Assembly: GCA_963779615.1 (NCBI GenBank)
Contig: CAVZZA010000003.1
Location: 576,001-640,000, forward strand
DNA from: an uncultured Nitrososphaeraceae archaeon
GTDB lineage: Archaea; Thermoproteota; Nitrososphaeria; Nitrososphaerales; Nitrososphaeraceae
Length of the DNA stretch: 64,000 bases
Direction of reading: 5' to 3'
In this document: piece after piece, positions 43,658-55,310 of the stretch
Position numbering within the stretch: position 1 is the stretch's first letter
Layout of the letters: every line of letters starts with the position of its first letter
Position numbers and translations under genes: made by a program
The notes under the pieces: generated by a model
What the model was told of the DNA's origin: nothing
The model's input: only the letters and a program-made list of their open reading frames with translations
Database searches by the model: none

Positions 43658-44105
43658 GCTCTATTGCTTTATATGCATGGATTTATGCAATAAATGACTT
43701 TTGATGTAATTTAGCAGAGTGAGCAAAAAAGGCTTTTGAACTAATTCATGTCATGCATTACAGGCATGTTGGCATAAAACATCATCAAAACCAATGAGTC
43801 AAAATGGTTGTTTTATTCATGGTTTATTCACGCCCACTCCCTTTTTGACCGTATTTTATGCACAAAACAATTGATTGTGAGAGTATCCGGCAGTCCATAA
43901 ACGAGACAGATGGCAGTTCCCTGTTGTTTTTCAGCACTTTGGTCAAAACAGTTGACCCGAAAAATATCCATAAATAACATCACAATACTAATAATCTAGT
44001 TTTACTAACATAAAGTATGTACTACAATTTAATTTGTTTAAATCTCTACTATGAACACACCCTAATTAAAAATAACTCTCATCAAATGGAGGTGATATCA
44101 AACTA

Positions 44106-44357
44106 ATGAATATTGCTGAAAGTGAAAATCCGTTTGTAATTGAGGCTAAAACATGCGGCTGCAAGGATAAAAGAAGTATAACATACGCATTTATAGAATC
44201 ATCCCACAGTCTATGTATTGACAGAAGGGATATAATTTTAGCACAAATACAAGCATGCGAAAGACTATCAAAATACGTAAAGGATAAGACCGAATTGGCG
44301 GCTGTGGAAAAAGAGATAGCATCTTTAAAACTAACTCAGGATTTGATATCCTATTAG
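44106..44357 (+). CDS. Small conserved hypothetical protein (AKTCGC)
   Basis: GGAGGTGA Shine-Dalgarno upstream; coherent 83-aa ORF. Confidence 0.7.
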   Translation: MNIAESENPFVIEAKTCGCKDKRSITYAFIESSHSLCIDRRDIILAQIQACERLSKYVKDKTELAAVEKEIASLKLTQDLISY

Positions 44358-45162
44358 TGTCCTTTTGAGAAGAAGACAGGGCATTTTCCATCAAATAAAA
44401 ACTCCCCGTCATTTCAACACAATTTAAAAAAAGTAATGCACAATGCCTTTTTTGAAATTCTTTTTCGTACCAATATTGATCAATAAAGCATGTTGTTGAT
44501 TTGATGATGAATGTCCTCATAAATTTTATCATAACTTATCAAATGAAAGGTACACCATTGGATTAGTGGTAAACATACACAGTATTTTTTCCTTAAATAA
44601 ATTAATGATTTCCCACCCTATCATCGTCTATTCATTGAACACGTTCAACACTTTTTTAATCATAATATAAAATATATTTAGTTTAGAGATTTTTAAAATA
44701 GATCTAAAGTTACCAAAGATATATACAACTAATTTCAAGTATTTTAGAACTAGTGTAAAAATGAAATCTCTAAACGATAAAAAAAATATTGCTAAAGATG
44801 ATTCCCAGGTCGGACATCTGGGAAATAGCGATTATGCTATCAAGTGGTAATTCTAAAAGTATCGTGTATATTCTAACGTTAACAAGTAAGGCTTGTGACT
44901 TGAATTGAAAGACTAATAAAGGCGGATATTCTGAATCCAACCGTGTATGTGGTAGACCCGTCTACCAAATTGCTGATTTGACAAAGGGTGTGGAACTTCT
45001 TATTTTAAGATTGTAAAGAAATTGGCATATTGATCTTCGTATTTATATTTACAAAAGAAAGTGATTTGTATCTTCTCGGTCATATTTTCACATGACAATT
45101 TTTTTAGCATTTTTATATTCCAATGTAGCATACTGCTTTTAATTATTTTTATCTGTAGTTTC

Positions 45163-46392
45163 ATGGTAATGCGCACAAGTACTAAAACTGCATTGGCTGT
45201 TATGTTTATAATCACATCATCGGTATCACTCTTGCAATCAGGTGTTTTTTCTTCTTTTTCTCAATATTCTTCAACACCCCCTATTACTGATGATGCTTAC
45301 GCTTCTAAAAAAAAGACCACAAATACTGATACTTCACCATCATCCATCCCTGACAAGAAAGGGGTAATGATGTATGATTATGGGGGCAAGACGGGCAAAG
45401 TTTACAACCCATTAATCGTTTCACAGGGGGGGCAAAAGTATTACCAAAATTACATGAATGATAACACTGATGAAAAATCAAAAGAATATTTCATAAACAC
45501 CGCCAACTGGCTTGTCAAGCATGCTAAAGAAAAAGAAACCAATGACGTTGATTATTCACTTTGGACATATAATTTCCCGTGGCCATTCTATGAAGGGCTA
45601 AATCCACCATACTCATCTGCATTGGCACAATCTGCAGGAATTGATATTTTGATTTTGGCACACAATTTGACTGGAGATGAAAAGTACATAGACGCAGCAG
45701 GCAAGGCATTTGGTTCTTTTTTAGTCGATTATGACAATGGAGGAGTAACAACAATGGAAGGGAACAAGGAGGATGACAGCGGGGAGAGCGGCAGCAGTAA
45801 CAATGGTGACGATTCAATGTTTTTGCAGGAAATTGCAAAGCCCGGATATCCAAAAACATACATTCTCAATGGTCACATATTTTCACTTATTGACTTGTGG
45901 AATTACTATCAATACACACATGATGGCAACGCAGAAACAGTATTTAACAAAGGTCTGAATTATCTGAAGGACAACCTATGGAAATACGATAAAGACATAT
46001 GGTCTTACTATGATCAGGTTGGGAATCTAGCGTCCAATGGCTATCAAAAAATACACACAGAACAATTGGCCAAGCTTTATGAGATAACAGGTGAACCAAT
46101 ACTAAAGAGTTACAGCGACAAGTTTGCCGGAAATTTAGCTGTTGCCGAAGACATAAGAGCAGGGGTATCTTTTGCCGTAATAGGGGAGTACGACGAATCC
46201 ATTGCGTATTTTGACAAGGCTCTAGAGATAGATCCTGACAATACTGCTGCATTAAATAACAAAGGGTTGGCTCTTGCCAAACTAGGGGAGTACGACGAAT
46301 CCATTGCGTATTTTGACAAGGCTCTAGAGATAGATCCTAGCGATGCCTACTCATTGAACAATAAAAAGTCAACCCTTGAGGAGTTAAAATAA
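45163..46392 (+). CDS. D-glucuronyl C5-epimerase-family protein with C-terminal TPRs
   Basis: Signal-like N-terminus, SALAQ, YILNGHIFSL, WSYYD, YQKIH; TPR consensus YFDKALEIDP twice. Confidence 0.82.
   Translation: MVMRTSTKTALAVMFIITSSVSLLQSGVFSSFSQYSSTPPITDDAYASKKKTTNTDTSPSSIPDKKGVMMYDYGGKTGKVYNPLIVSQGGQKYYQNYMNDNTDEKSKEYFINTANWLVKHAKEKETNDVDYSLWTYNFPWPFYEGLNPPYSSALAQSAGIDILILAHNLTGDEKYIDAAGKAFGSFLVDYDNGGVTTMEGNKEDDSGESGSSNNGDDSMFLQEIAKPGYPKTYILNGHIFSLIDLWNYYQYTHDGNAETVFNKGLNYLKDNLWKYDKDIWSYYDQVGNLASNGYQKIHTEQLAKLYEITGEPILKSYSDKFAGNLAVAEDIRAGVSFAVIGEYDESIAYFDKALEIDPDNTAALNNKGLALAKLGEYDESIAYFDKALEIDPSDAYSLNNKKSTLEELK
46181..46338 (+). repeat. Exact 56-bp direct repeat, 102-bp period (TPR duplication)
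   Basis: 46181-46236 equals 46283-46338. Confidence 0.9.
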
Positions 46393-46479
46393 CACATTTT
46401 TACTTTATTGTGACATGCCACTTGCACCTAAAGCAAAGAAACAAAGCAAACATTATCCCTCTACAAGCATCCCATTTGA

Positions 46480-47319
46480 TTACATTTGGTTTAGGAAATT
46501 ATGAAAGTCCTCATCTGACATTTTGTTTTTGATACCCATTAATTGCTCGACATCTTTGCCTGCCAGGTACCTTATCTGTGGGTTTTTGTCCATAATGGCA
46601 TCAACCACCACTTTTGCCACATATTCCGGCTTCGCTGCGTTTTCAATCAATTTAGCCATCCCACTCTCCATGCCTTTCATTATTTGAATGTATGGTGATT
46701 TGGGATCCCGGGATTTTTTTGCCAAAACTGCGGATTTGATAAAGTTTGTTTTGATTACCCCAGGTTCTATGATTATTGTTCTGATTCCAAAAGGCTCTAG
46801 TTCGTAAGACATGGATTCACTCAAACCCTCTACTGCAAATTTTGAGCTCACATACGCAGAACTTGCGGCAATGCCAAACCTGCCAAGACCTGAGCTTATG
46901 TTGACAATTGTTCCGGAGTTTTGTTTTCTCATTATTGGAAGCACAGATTGTGTGGTTCTGACCAACCCAAACACATTTGTTTCATACTGGGATTTTATCT
47001 CGTCGATGTTCAGGTCCTCTAGCGCTCCTGTCAACCCATATCCGGCATTGTTTACTAGTACATCTATTCTCTTGCTTTCATCAAATATTGTTTTGGTTGT
47101 ATCCTTAACTGAACGGTCATCTGTGACATCAAGTTGTGCAATTTTTAAAGGGAGTCCCTCTTTGTCTGCAATATCCTTTAACTCTGAACCTTTTGTCAAG
47201 TTTCTCATTGTTGCGTATGTTGCAAACCCATTTCTCGCAAGCATAAGTGAAATCTCACGACCTATTCCACTTGAGCTCCCTGTCACGACGGCAACCTTGT
47301 TGTTATTTCCTTCTTCCAC
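46480..47319 (-). CDS. SDR family oxidoreductase
   Basis: TGSSSGIG, NNAGYG, NISS, YVSSK; GTG start at 47319 inferred. Confidence 0.92.
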   Translation of the reverse strand: MEEGNNNKVAVVTGSSSGIGREISLMLARNGFATYATMRNLTKGSELKDIADKEGLPLKIAQLDVTDDRSVKDTTKTIFDESKRIDVLVNNAGYGLTGALEDLNIDEIKSQYETNVFGLVRTTQSVLPIMRKQNSGTIVNISSGLGRFGIAASSAYVSSKFAVEGLSESMSYELEPFGIRTIIIEPGVIKTNFIKSAVLAKKSRDPKSPYIQIMKGMESGMAKLIENAAKPEYVAKVVVDAIMDKNPQIRYLAGKDVEQLMGIKNKMSDEDFHNFLNQM

Positions 47320-47440
47320 ATCCTTTGTTAAAATTATAAAACAAAGTAAACATATAATTTGAACTGATTTGCTAGGTCCACAAATTAATCCGATATCATC
47401 ACAATTTAAAAGAATGAGAGGCCCCTTGCCACAAGGGATT

Positions 47441-47744
47441 TGAATCCCGCCAAGTCCATCGGCAAAAAAAAATAGAAAAGGATTAGTCAAGTTAACTTTG
47501 GAAAGTCAAATGTAAAAAAAAATAGGATTTAAAAATGCTTTGTTGCATGACTATTGAAATCGTTTTTTGTTAGCGCTTTGGTTGTTGTCCAAAGGGTAAC
47601 CAGTCATGATTTAATATGAATTACAATGAAAGTGGCATAGTTTTAGCTGTATTTTGAATCATGCAACAAAGCAGTTTAAAAAGAAAAATAGAATCAAACA
47701 GCTAACAAATTTGCCAACACAACATAAACTGCGAATAAGAAAAG
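47441..47744 (+). repeat. Dispersed intergenic repeat, copy interrupted by a MITE
   Basis: Homologous to 42533-42687 once 47536-47682 is removed. Confidence 0.75.
47536..47673. mobile_element. MITE (138 bp)
   Basis: Perfect 15-bp TIRs TGCTTTGTTGCATGA (47536-47550, 47659-47673); duplicated TTTAAAAA (47528-47535, 47675-47682); empty site at ~42620. Confidence 0.85.
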
Positions 47745-47808
47745 CGGGAAATTTCCCAAATATCTGTGAAGAACATAAGGAGCTTTAACCATCAGGGTAA
47801 CTGCAAAT

Positions 47809-48353
47809 ATGGATTTTGACGAGTTGTATGAAAGAGAAAGACGATAAGAGAGTATGATTTTGACACGCAGATTCCAAATGAGATAATCTTAAAGCTGATT
47901 AAAAATGCCCATACAGCCCCTAGTGCAGGTTACACAGGTTCAGGAATTTAAAATAGTTAAAGACGATTCAAAAAAAAGAAATTAAGAAAAGCGGCTGTAA
48001 ACCAAAAATATGTAGAAAAAGATCCCGTGCTGATTGTAGTATGTTCCAACACCTCTCGCTCAGTAGGGCGGCATGGCAACCGTGGAAAGGAATTCTACAG
48101 CATAACAGATGGTGCTTTTGCCTCAATGCTCATTTTGCTTACTGTGGTAAATGAGGGAGTTGGCGCTTGCTTTGTGGGAGCATTTGAAGACAACAAAGTA
48201 TCAGATATACTTGAATTACCAAAAGATGTCAAACCAATAGGGATTATTTGCATAGGCCATCCTGCAGATAGACCCGAAAAGTTTGAAAGAATTGATATCG
48301 ATGTGCTAGCCCATTATGAAAAATATGGGTGCAATAATGGTGCTGCACAGTAG
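47809..48353 (+). pseudogene. Nitroreductase family protein, frameshifted near the 5' end
   Basis: MDFDE / KRKTIREY..APSAG / QEFKIV..GVGACFVGAF..IGHP across frames. Confidence 0.8.
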
Positions 48354-48883
48354 TAGTATTACTTAACATGTTAAAACAATATTTTCATTAAATGCTCTAA
48401 CTGCCATTGCAAAATCACATCTCCATTTACTCAAATTCACCGTTCTTTGAAGTTATTTTGGCACCTCTAGTATTGGCGATTTATCTTTAATTAGGCAAAT
48501 TTTATAAAATTTGTATTGTAACATATTCAGGCTAGAGATTCACCTGCTTATCGATCTTAAATTCTGAGCCTTCACCACACATTACCAAACAAACTTTACA
48601 ATTTGCATCCAAACCATCCATGCCATTTATCCAAGTGTTATTTTGCCATAGCAGTTTGAACCGGACCCCGGGATGTTTTTTTCTTAATTTTTTCAAACCT
48701 GCCATCATTTTTTTTGTTTGGGTATATTTCTTCCCAAAAAATGCTCCTTGTGTTGTTTGTAGCGGCCACTCCAAATTCAATGATCCGTTACAGTAGAGAA
48801 CCGAATTTGTAACACGGCCAGATACTATTGTGAAACAAGGCCATAAAAAATGCTGGTTCTTATGGATATGTCTGCTGCTGCTG

Positions 48884-50368
48884 CTACGGTGTTATCTCTT
48901 GCAAAAATATGTTGCTATCCAGGTTTGAGAAAACAGATAGATCTATCTTTGCTCCAGGTTTCATTATTTCCCTAAGGTCTTTTCCCGCTTCCTTTTCTTT
49001 CCACCATTTGTCCCCATGCTTGTTTCCAATGTAAATATCAAGTTCTGCCGCTCTCACTGCGGCAAGCAGATAGCTTGGAACATACATTATGGATTCAGGC
49101 AAAATATGGTGCAACAGCCAATATTCCCCCGGTATCTCAAACCCGGTGTATTCTTTTATTAGCCGTTCATAGAGTTCAGATGCCTCACCTGTTGACAGGT
49201 TTTCTTTCCAGTATTCCAGCTTCATCAATGAATTTGCCGCATAAAACGTGACAAAAAACAATTCCATAAAGCGGTTTCTTGACGCTAATTTGTCGAGTGT
49301 GTTCTGGTCTTTTATCGAATCAGATAGTGATGATGACATATATCCGGTGTTTTTTGTCAGCCTTTCCAGAAAGATAGAAAAGGTCTCTGCCACACCCATT
49401 GGAATCCTGTATTTGTCCCAATACTCATTTGTTGCACCTATGGAACTTGCATGCATGGCATGTCCGGTTTCATGGAAACACGCCTGAAGATCAAAATACG
49501 GGCTTTCTTTCTTGTATAGCACCCTTATGTCACCGGGTATTTTTACAAAAAAGCATATGGGTGATGGATATTTGCCTTTCCTATCTTCGGTATCAAAATA
49601 GACTTTGGATAAATCAAACTCCATACTTGTCAATATCTTTTTAACCTCGCCAAGTGGTTCTATTTTTAGGAAATTGCTGTCCATATCAGAATAGGATCTG
49701 TTTCTAAAATAGTAAAAATCATCATAATACTCCGGCTCCTTACCAAGAATCTCCTTCCCAACATCATCTATTGCATCTTTGAACGGTTTCTTTGCCCTCT
49801 GGCCCATCGATTTGACAAATTCAGCCAGCTTTTCATATGATATGTTTTCATTTTCCAGGTAGGCTGAAACTGGGTCCAGTTTATCATTTAGCCCTTTTCC
49901 GTCTTCCTTGTTACCATGTGCATTTTCATGGTAAACTTGTTTTATTGCTGAAAACCTGTTTTCTATAATTGGTGTTATGTGTTTGGTTTTTTCAACAAAC
50001 TCATCAAATACCTCTTTTCTGTTTTTGGGTTCTTTTTCAAGGCTGTTGAACTGCCTCCAGGTGCTCCAGTTTACGGGTAAGTCTCTGAACACGTGTCTTG
50101 AGGAAGTAATCTTTGTGTTCCTTGCATTGTGTAATTCTAGCTCAAGTTTCTTTGTTTTAGAGTAGGCAATATCCTCTATTGCTCCAAGAAAAAGGGGTCT
50201 TGGATGAGAATAAAAATCGATAAGGATATCGGAGTTTCTTATTTTCATTTGTGCAAGCTGTTCTATCAGTTTTTCATTATGCTCAAGTCCTGCATATTGC
50301 TTGTACTCTTCGTCTGTTTGTGAAACATAGATAAGCTCATCTAATTCACACCAATGATTCAGGTTCAT
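48884..50368 (-). CDS. M3/M32-like zinc metallopeptidase
   Basis: DRKGKYPSPICF, HETGHAMH, AETFS, WLLHH..YVPSY. Confidence 0.75.
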   Translation of the reverse strand: MNLNHWCELDELIYVSQTDEEYKQYAGLEHNEKLIEQLAQMKIRNSDILIDFYSHPRPLFLGAIEDIAYSKTKKLELELHNARNTKITSSRHVFRDLPVNWSTWRQFNSLEKEPKNRKEVFDEFVEKTKHITPIIENRFSAIKQVYHENAHGNKEDGKGLNDKLDPVSAYLENENISYEKLAEFVKSMGQRAKKPFKDAIDDVGKEILGKEPEYYDDFYYFRNRSYSDMDSNFLKIEPLGEVKKILTSMEFDLSKVYFDTEDRKGKYPSPICFFVKIPGDIRVLYKKESPYFDLQACFHETGHAMHASSIGATNEYWDKYRIPMGVAETFSIFLERLTKNTGYMSSSLSDSIKDQNTLDKLASRNRFMELFFVTFYAANSLMKLEYWKENLSTGEASELYERLIKEYTGFEIPGEYWLLHHILPESIMYVPSYLLAAVRAAELDIYIGNKHGDKWWKEKEAGKDLREIMKPGAKIDLSVFSNLDSNIFLQEITP

Positions 50369-50560
50369 TATAACAGTATAACATATTGATCTGGGCATTT
50401 TATCTTATCAGTGTTGACTCAATCCCCCTGTCTCGGGGTTGAGAATCAGAGAGACATTTGGCAATACATGGTGGGAAGCTCTGTCGCCCTTCCATTCCTT
50501 GGTGCATCAATAACACATATTTTAGTAACTGTAAATATTATATACATTAAGCATCCACTA

Positions 50561-51244
50561 ATGCAAATGAGATATCTTGACAATGTAACGGCTCCCCCTA
50601 TAGCATACATAACCATCTTTGCCGTAGTTGCAATGTTTTTGTGGTTTTTGGCTGTAGCGGATAATCCTCAAAGCGTTACTATTGACAATGATATCAAAAA
50701 CAAGGCAAAGTACCTTATCCAAAACGAGCCAAAATCACATCTACAGAAGTTGTCCAAATCACCACCACCACCACCAATACAAATAGCAGCAGCAGCAGCA
50801 GCAGCACCAACAGCAGAACAGCCAACCGAACCCTTGAGTATCAAAATCCAAAACGTAACAGCAGGTAATCCTACAAGCAATAACATATCTACCATTTCTA
50901 TTGCTTTTGATATCAGAAATCACAACCAAAACACCATACTGTTAGAGGGGTTAAACTATAACCTGTATTATGGCAATCACCGCATAGTTGCAGGTAGTAT
51001 TGGAAGCCAGCTAATTAGCGACATATTTCAGTCACAGTCAGAATATCCAATCATAGGAAAGGGTTTTCTGGTGTTAAAAGACAAACAAACATTCGAGGAA
51101 GGCAGCGAAGATGACAAAGAATATTTCAGCGATATCCTAAAGGGAAATGCCCATTATATGGTTAATGGAACAGTATACTACAAACAAATAAGCAATATCC
51201 AGGCCTATGGCGGAACACAACAATTTGAGGCCACTTTCCCATAA
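50561..51244 (+). CDS. Membrane-anchored LEA_2-like protein
   Basis: One TM, Pro/Ala linker, FDIRNHNQNTILLEGLNYNLY; start inferred. Confidence 0.6.
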   Translation: MQMRYLDNVTAPPIAYITIFAVVAMFLWFLAVADNPQSVTIDNDIKNKAKYLIQNEPKSHLQKLSKSPPPPPIQIAAAAAAAPTAEQPTEPLSIKIQNVTAGNPTSNNISTISIAFDIRNHNQNTILLEGLNYNLYYGNHRIVAGSIGSQLISDIFQSQSEYPIIGKGFLVLKDKQTFEEGSEDDKEYFSDILKGNAHYMVNGTVYYKQISNIQAYGGTQQFEATFP

Positions 51245-51887
51245 ATTAAATGTGGCGAAACAAAAAGACCAGGATAAGCGGGCATTATAAAATACAAATA
51301 TCTATTAAATTTAGCTTTTTTGAGTAAATATCTCTATTACAATACAAATAACATATAATTTACAATTTTAGTCTATCTTTATTGTAAAAATTGTAATGGC
51401 ATCTTAAACACCGATCCAACCTTTCCCTTTGGCAAGCCACGCTCAATAACTAAAAGCATTATAGAATGATGCCGTATCTTTTGATAACCCAAATTTAATT
51501 TGTTTCCATCTTTGTGCTCCATGCTTAAGCATTTCATTAATTGTTTGATATGGACATTCCAATAAAAAATCTGCTGCAATAAAATATTAGGAGAAACCAA
51601 GGTTATTGCTTATTTCAAAAAAATAAAAAAAGAAACATCATAAAATATTGTTTAGAATATGCAAATTCTTTGAAAGCATATTGAGCCAATACTTTTATCG
51701 ACGCATCCTTTACAAATGACAGCGGACAATATCATCTTGGTTGGTGTTATAATATTCTAAAGTTTATGGCATTCATACCACATTCGTCAAATTATTTGGT
51801 TTACTTCCGGCCTATGATAAGTTTATTTTAAAAATATTTATAATATAGGAATTTATATTATTTGTAGAAAGAGGGCAAAACCGCTAA

Positions 51888-53654
51888 ATGTATTCCAATG
51901 ATAAAATTAAGGTTATTGCATCTTTGCTATCTGTCTTTATATTGGTGGTCGGCATAATAGTCATTTCAAGTTCAAATGTAGCAAATGATATACTTAAAGG
52001 GAGAATAGAAAACCAGTTCTTGAGTGAATCCACTGGTAGGGGAGAGTCAATTCGCTCGTTACTTGAGATATACTCAAATCAAATCAATCATCTGGCTTTT
52101 CGCCTTTCTAATGATAGTGAGATAAGGGATATTCTATTGGCAAACGAACTAGAAAGGCGCCGTCTCTCTTATGACGAATACAAGGGTTTACCTATTTTAG
52201 AACAAAAGGTTAGCGAATATGGTGTAACATTTGACAATTCCACCTATATCAGAAATATCAAGATTATGGATAGGAATGGAGATGTGTTATTATCGTCGAA
52301 TCCATCAGAGACAGGACAGAGGGTACCCTATCTTAACAATATAAAGACATACTCAAACACCACTAATTATGGGATTACCAATATTGAACTAAATAAGGTC
52401 AAGGATGAGAGTAGGCAATTAGTCATATTTACTATGCCCTTTTATAAGGGACAACAGCACGCCTTGGATAAAAAAGTGAATTCAAATAACGACTTTTTCA
52501 TTTCTACAAACCTTGATACAAACTCCTTCAACAAGATATTGCTAAACAGGAAAGGTCTTGGAGAATCAGGGGAAGTATATCTAGTAAACAGCAGCAGAAT
52601 GATGGTGTCTGAATCCAGGTTTTTTAACAATACAAATCCAATAACTGTAGATACCTTACCAGTTAGACAATGCCTTGAAAGTGTCAATGGTAATGATGCC
52701 GGCAATGTTTACAACGACTATCGCAACATTCCAATTATTGGCTTTTCCTTTTGTGCTAAAGACTTGGGATTTGTGTTACTTGCAGAAATCGACAAATCTG
52801 AGGTATTGCAACCGATAGACAATTTAAGAAATACTATGGTAATAATGTCTGTAATAAGCGGTTTTATCCTTATTGCCATATCGATAGTGGTTATCCATAC
52901 GCTTTTATCCTGGAATAAAAAATTGGAATCAGCCAATAAACAACTACAAAGGCAGGATACAATGCAAAGAGAATTCATTAATGTTGCAGCTCATGAACTT
53001 AGAACGCCAATTCAACCAATACTTGCCTTGACAGAACACCTTAGAGAAAAAATTAAAAATAAAGATCAGGCTCAATTACTCGATGTAGTCATTAGAAATG
53101 CACAGAGGCTAAAAAAATTATCTAATGATATTTTAGAGATAACTAAAATTGAAAGCAACACACTAGACATATACAAAGAGTGGTTTATCCTCGATAGGTT
53201 GATATCAGAAACTGTCAAAGATTTTGAAAATAGCCTGAAGGATAAGGATATAGGATTTGAATGTCATAACCTAAGTAGTTCATGTAATTTATTTGCAGAT
53301 CAAAGTAGAATAAGACAGGTCATCTCAAATTTAATCGGCAATTCTGTCAAGTTTATCGGTAAGGAGGGAACGGTATCAATAACTCTTGAAAAGAAAAAAA
53401 ATAAAGACAGTATTGGAAATAAAAAAGAAGTGGTTGAAGTTAGTATAAAAGATAATGGCATCGGAATTGATAAAGAGATATTGCCGAATCTATTTACAAA
53501 ATTTGCATCTAAATCCTTTCAGGGGACTGGGTTAGGATTGTATATTTCAAGGAAAATTGTAGAGGCACATGGCGGAAGGATAGAGGCAGAAAACAACAAT
53601 AATGGAAAAGGTGCCACATTTTCCTTTACTTTGCCCTTAGAGAATACAGACTAG
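51888..53654 (+). CDS. Sensor histidine kinase with extracellular Cache-like domain
   Basis: Two TMs, GESGEVYLVN, AAHELRTP, NSVKF, DNGIGI, GTGLGL. Confidence 0.93.
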   Translation: MYSNDKIKVIASLLSVFILVVGIIVISSSNVANDILKGRIENQFLSESTGRGESIRSLLEIYSNQINHLAFRLSNDSEIRDILLANELERRRLSYDEYKGLPILEQKVSEYGVTFDNSTYIRNIKIMDRNGDVLLSSNPSETGQRVPYLNNIKTYSNTTNYGITNIELNKVKDESRQLVIFTMPFYKGQQHALDKKVNSNNDFFISTNLDTNSFNKILLNRKGLGESGEVYLVNSSRMMVSESRFFNNTNPITVDTLPVRQCLESVNGNDAGNVYNDYRNIPIIGFSFCAKDLGFVLLAEIDKSEVLQPIDNLRNTMVIMSVISGFILIAISIVVIHTLLSWNKKLESANKQLQRQDTMQREFINVAAHELRTPIQPILALTEHLREKIKNKDQAQLLDVVIRNAQRLKKLSNDILEITKIESNTLDIYKEWFILDRLISETVKDFENSLKDKDIGFECHNLSSSCNLFADQSRIRQVISNLIGNSVKFIGKEGTVSITLEKKKNKDSIGNKKEVVEVSIKDNGIGIDKEILPNLFTKFASKSFQGTGLGLYISRKIVEAHGGRIEAENNNNGKGATFSFTLPLENTD

Positions 53655-54113
53655 TCTAAAACCGTTCATAATTTGAATACAATAAATCGATAAATCAAAA
53701 CCCATACACAGAGCAACACATAGTCATTCAATTTAATCAGTTATGGAGAAAAAAGGAATTAAATCGAATTATTCATTATTTGTTACAATAGTTTCTATAG
53801 ACGCGTATAATATAACATGACAAAAAAGCGAGTGAGTTTTAGCAACATTAATCAAACAGGTTTAGTTAAAAAATGATTTAATAAACAGAAGCAACAAAAT
53901 AAAAACAACCTTAACTTACTAAAGGTTTCTTTTTAGTTGGTCTATTTGTTTTTTTCCATTTTCTTCTACGCAGCACCAAGAGAATAACAGATATCGAATT
54001 AGCCAATCTTACTTTAATATCCAAGCAGGCAGAGACAAAATAACAATGTTATTTTAAGTTATATGATGCTGTTTTATAGATTGTTACCTTAATACAAACC
54101 CAAAAAAAATATT

Positions 54114-55310
54114 TCATGGTGTTGACAGCAACCAATCACTTATCCTGTTTTTCTCAAAATCAATTTTCTTTCGGTATGACTCCTCACTGGGGGGCTCAAG
54201 CCTTGTGATGGGCCCAACCTCATTATAAAAATCAGTGTCTATGTATCCAGCTTTGTTATCCCCTATCTCCATAAAGCAAAACCCCTTTCCATCAAACATT
54301 GGGTTGCTTGGTTGGCTTTTTTTGATATTGTCCAGTATTTGCTGGCAAACAACCCTTGCCTGGCCCTCGGCAAATATCCCCGCCTTTGGGATCGACACCC
54401 TCTGGTCAACCTTTATTTCCGTCACATCCCCTACCGCATAAACATTCTCATATTTGGTTTTAAGGGTAAATTTGTCAACACCAACCCAGTTCTGGCCACC
54501 CTCGGCAAAACCAGAACCTTTTATTACAGAGGGCATTATGTGAGGCGGAATGGCCATCAACAGGCTATAATCCACATTTTCTTTTTTTTCTTCCCCACCA
54601 TCACACTCAAAACACAACTCTGTGGATGATACTGACTTTAGGTTATGCGATGGGTGAAAACGGATGCGGTTTTTGTCAAGCAGGCCAACAATGTCCTGGC
54701 TTACCTTTGGCCCTGCCACAGGCAATGCGATTGGTGATGGTGTGTACACATCAACATCAACATTTTCCCTTGTCTTGTTTTTTATCAAAATATCGTTAAC
54801 AAGCAAAGACGCCTCATATGGCGCCGGTGGGCATTTGTATGGAAAGCCGGTTATGCAAATTGCTATTCTTCCCTGCCTTAATGCAAGGATTTCCTTTCGT
54901 AGTTTTGGAATTCGCTCCGCATCATATAGGTTGAACCCCTTATTCTCTGCAAATCCGGCAATTTTCTCTGGCGCATATTCAGCACCCAACGCCATTATCA
55001 GGTAATCATACTCATGTTTGCGGCCCTGTGCTCCTGTGGTGATGCTCTTTTCAATTGGGTTTATTGCCGTTACCTCATCCTGCAAGAAGGATATTCCTTT
55101 GTTTTTCAGGTTGCTTAACGCAGTTTTGGATTCTTCTAACTTCCTGCTTCCATACAAAATCCACAGGTTTACAAAGCCCATTATAAAGTGGTCTTTCCTA
55201 TCGATAACTGTAATTTGGTGCTCCTCCGAAAGACTCTTTCGCAACAGGTTGGCAGAGGCCAGCCCCCCAAACCCCGCGCCAAGAATCACTATGCGCTTTC
55301 CCTCTGGCAA
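54114..55310 (-). CDS. FAD-dependent oxidoreductase, sulfide:quinone oxidoreductase-like
   Basis: LGAGFGG, YKCPPAPYE, YAVGD, PKAGIFA, GFCFME. Confidence 0.82.
   Translation of the reverse strand: MPEGKRIVILGAGFGGLASANLLRKSLSEEHQITVIDRKDHFIMGFVNLWILYGSRKLEESKTALSNLKNKGISFLQDEVTAINPIEKSITTGAQGRKHEYDYLIMALGAEYAPEKIAGFAENKGFNLYDAERIPKLRKEILALRQGRIAICITGFPYKCPPAPYEASLLVNDILIKNKTRENVDVDVYTPSPIALPVAGPKVSQDIVGLLDKNRIRFHPSHNLKSVSSTELCFECDGGEEKKENVDYSLLMAIPPHIMPSVIKGSGFAEGGQNWVGVDKFTLKTKYENVYAVGDVTEIKVDQRVSIPKAGIFAEGQARVVCQQILDNIKKSQPSNPMFDGKGFCFMEIGDNKAGYIDTDFYNEVGPITRLEPPSEESYRKKIDFEKNRISDWLLSTP

Noticed and set aside
44950-44967. Small hairpin TGGTAGAC-CC-GTCTACCA
   Set aside because: Single 8-bp-arm occurrence with no supporting context.
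47434-47450. T-arm-like GGGATTCAAATCCC on the minus strand as a tRNA or att site
   Set aside because: No acceptor or anticodon arms; better explained as part of the dispersed repeat.
48532-48780. 82-aa ORF downstream of the M3-like peptidase
   Set aside because: No clear start or family.
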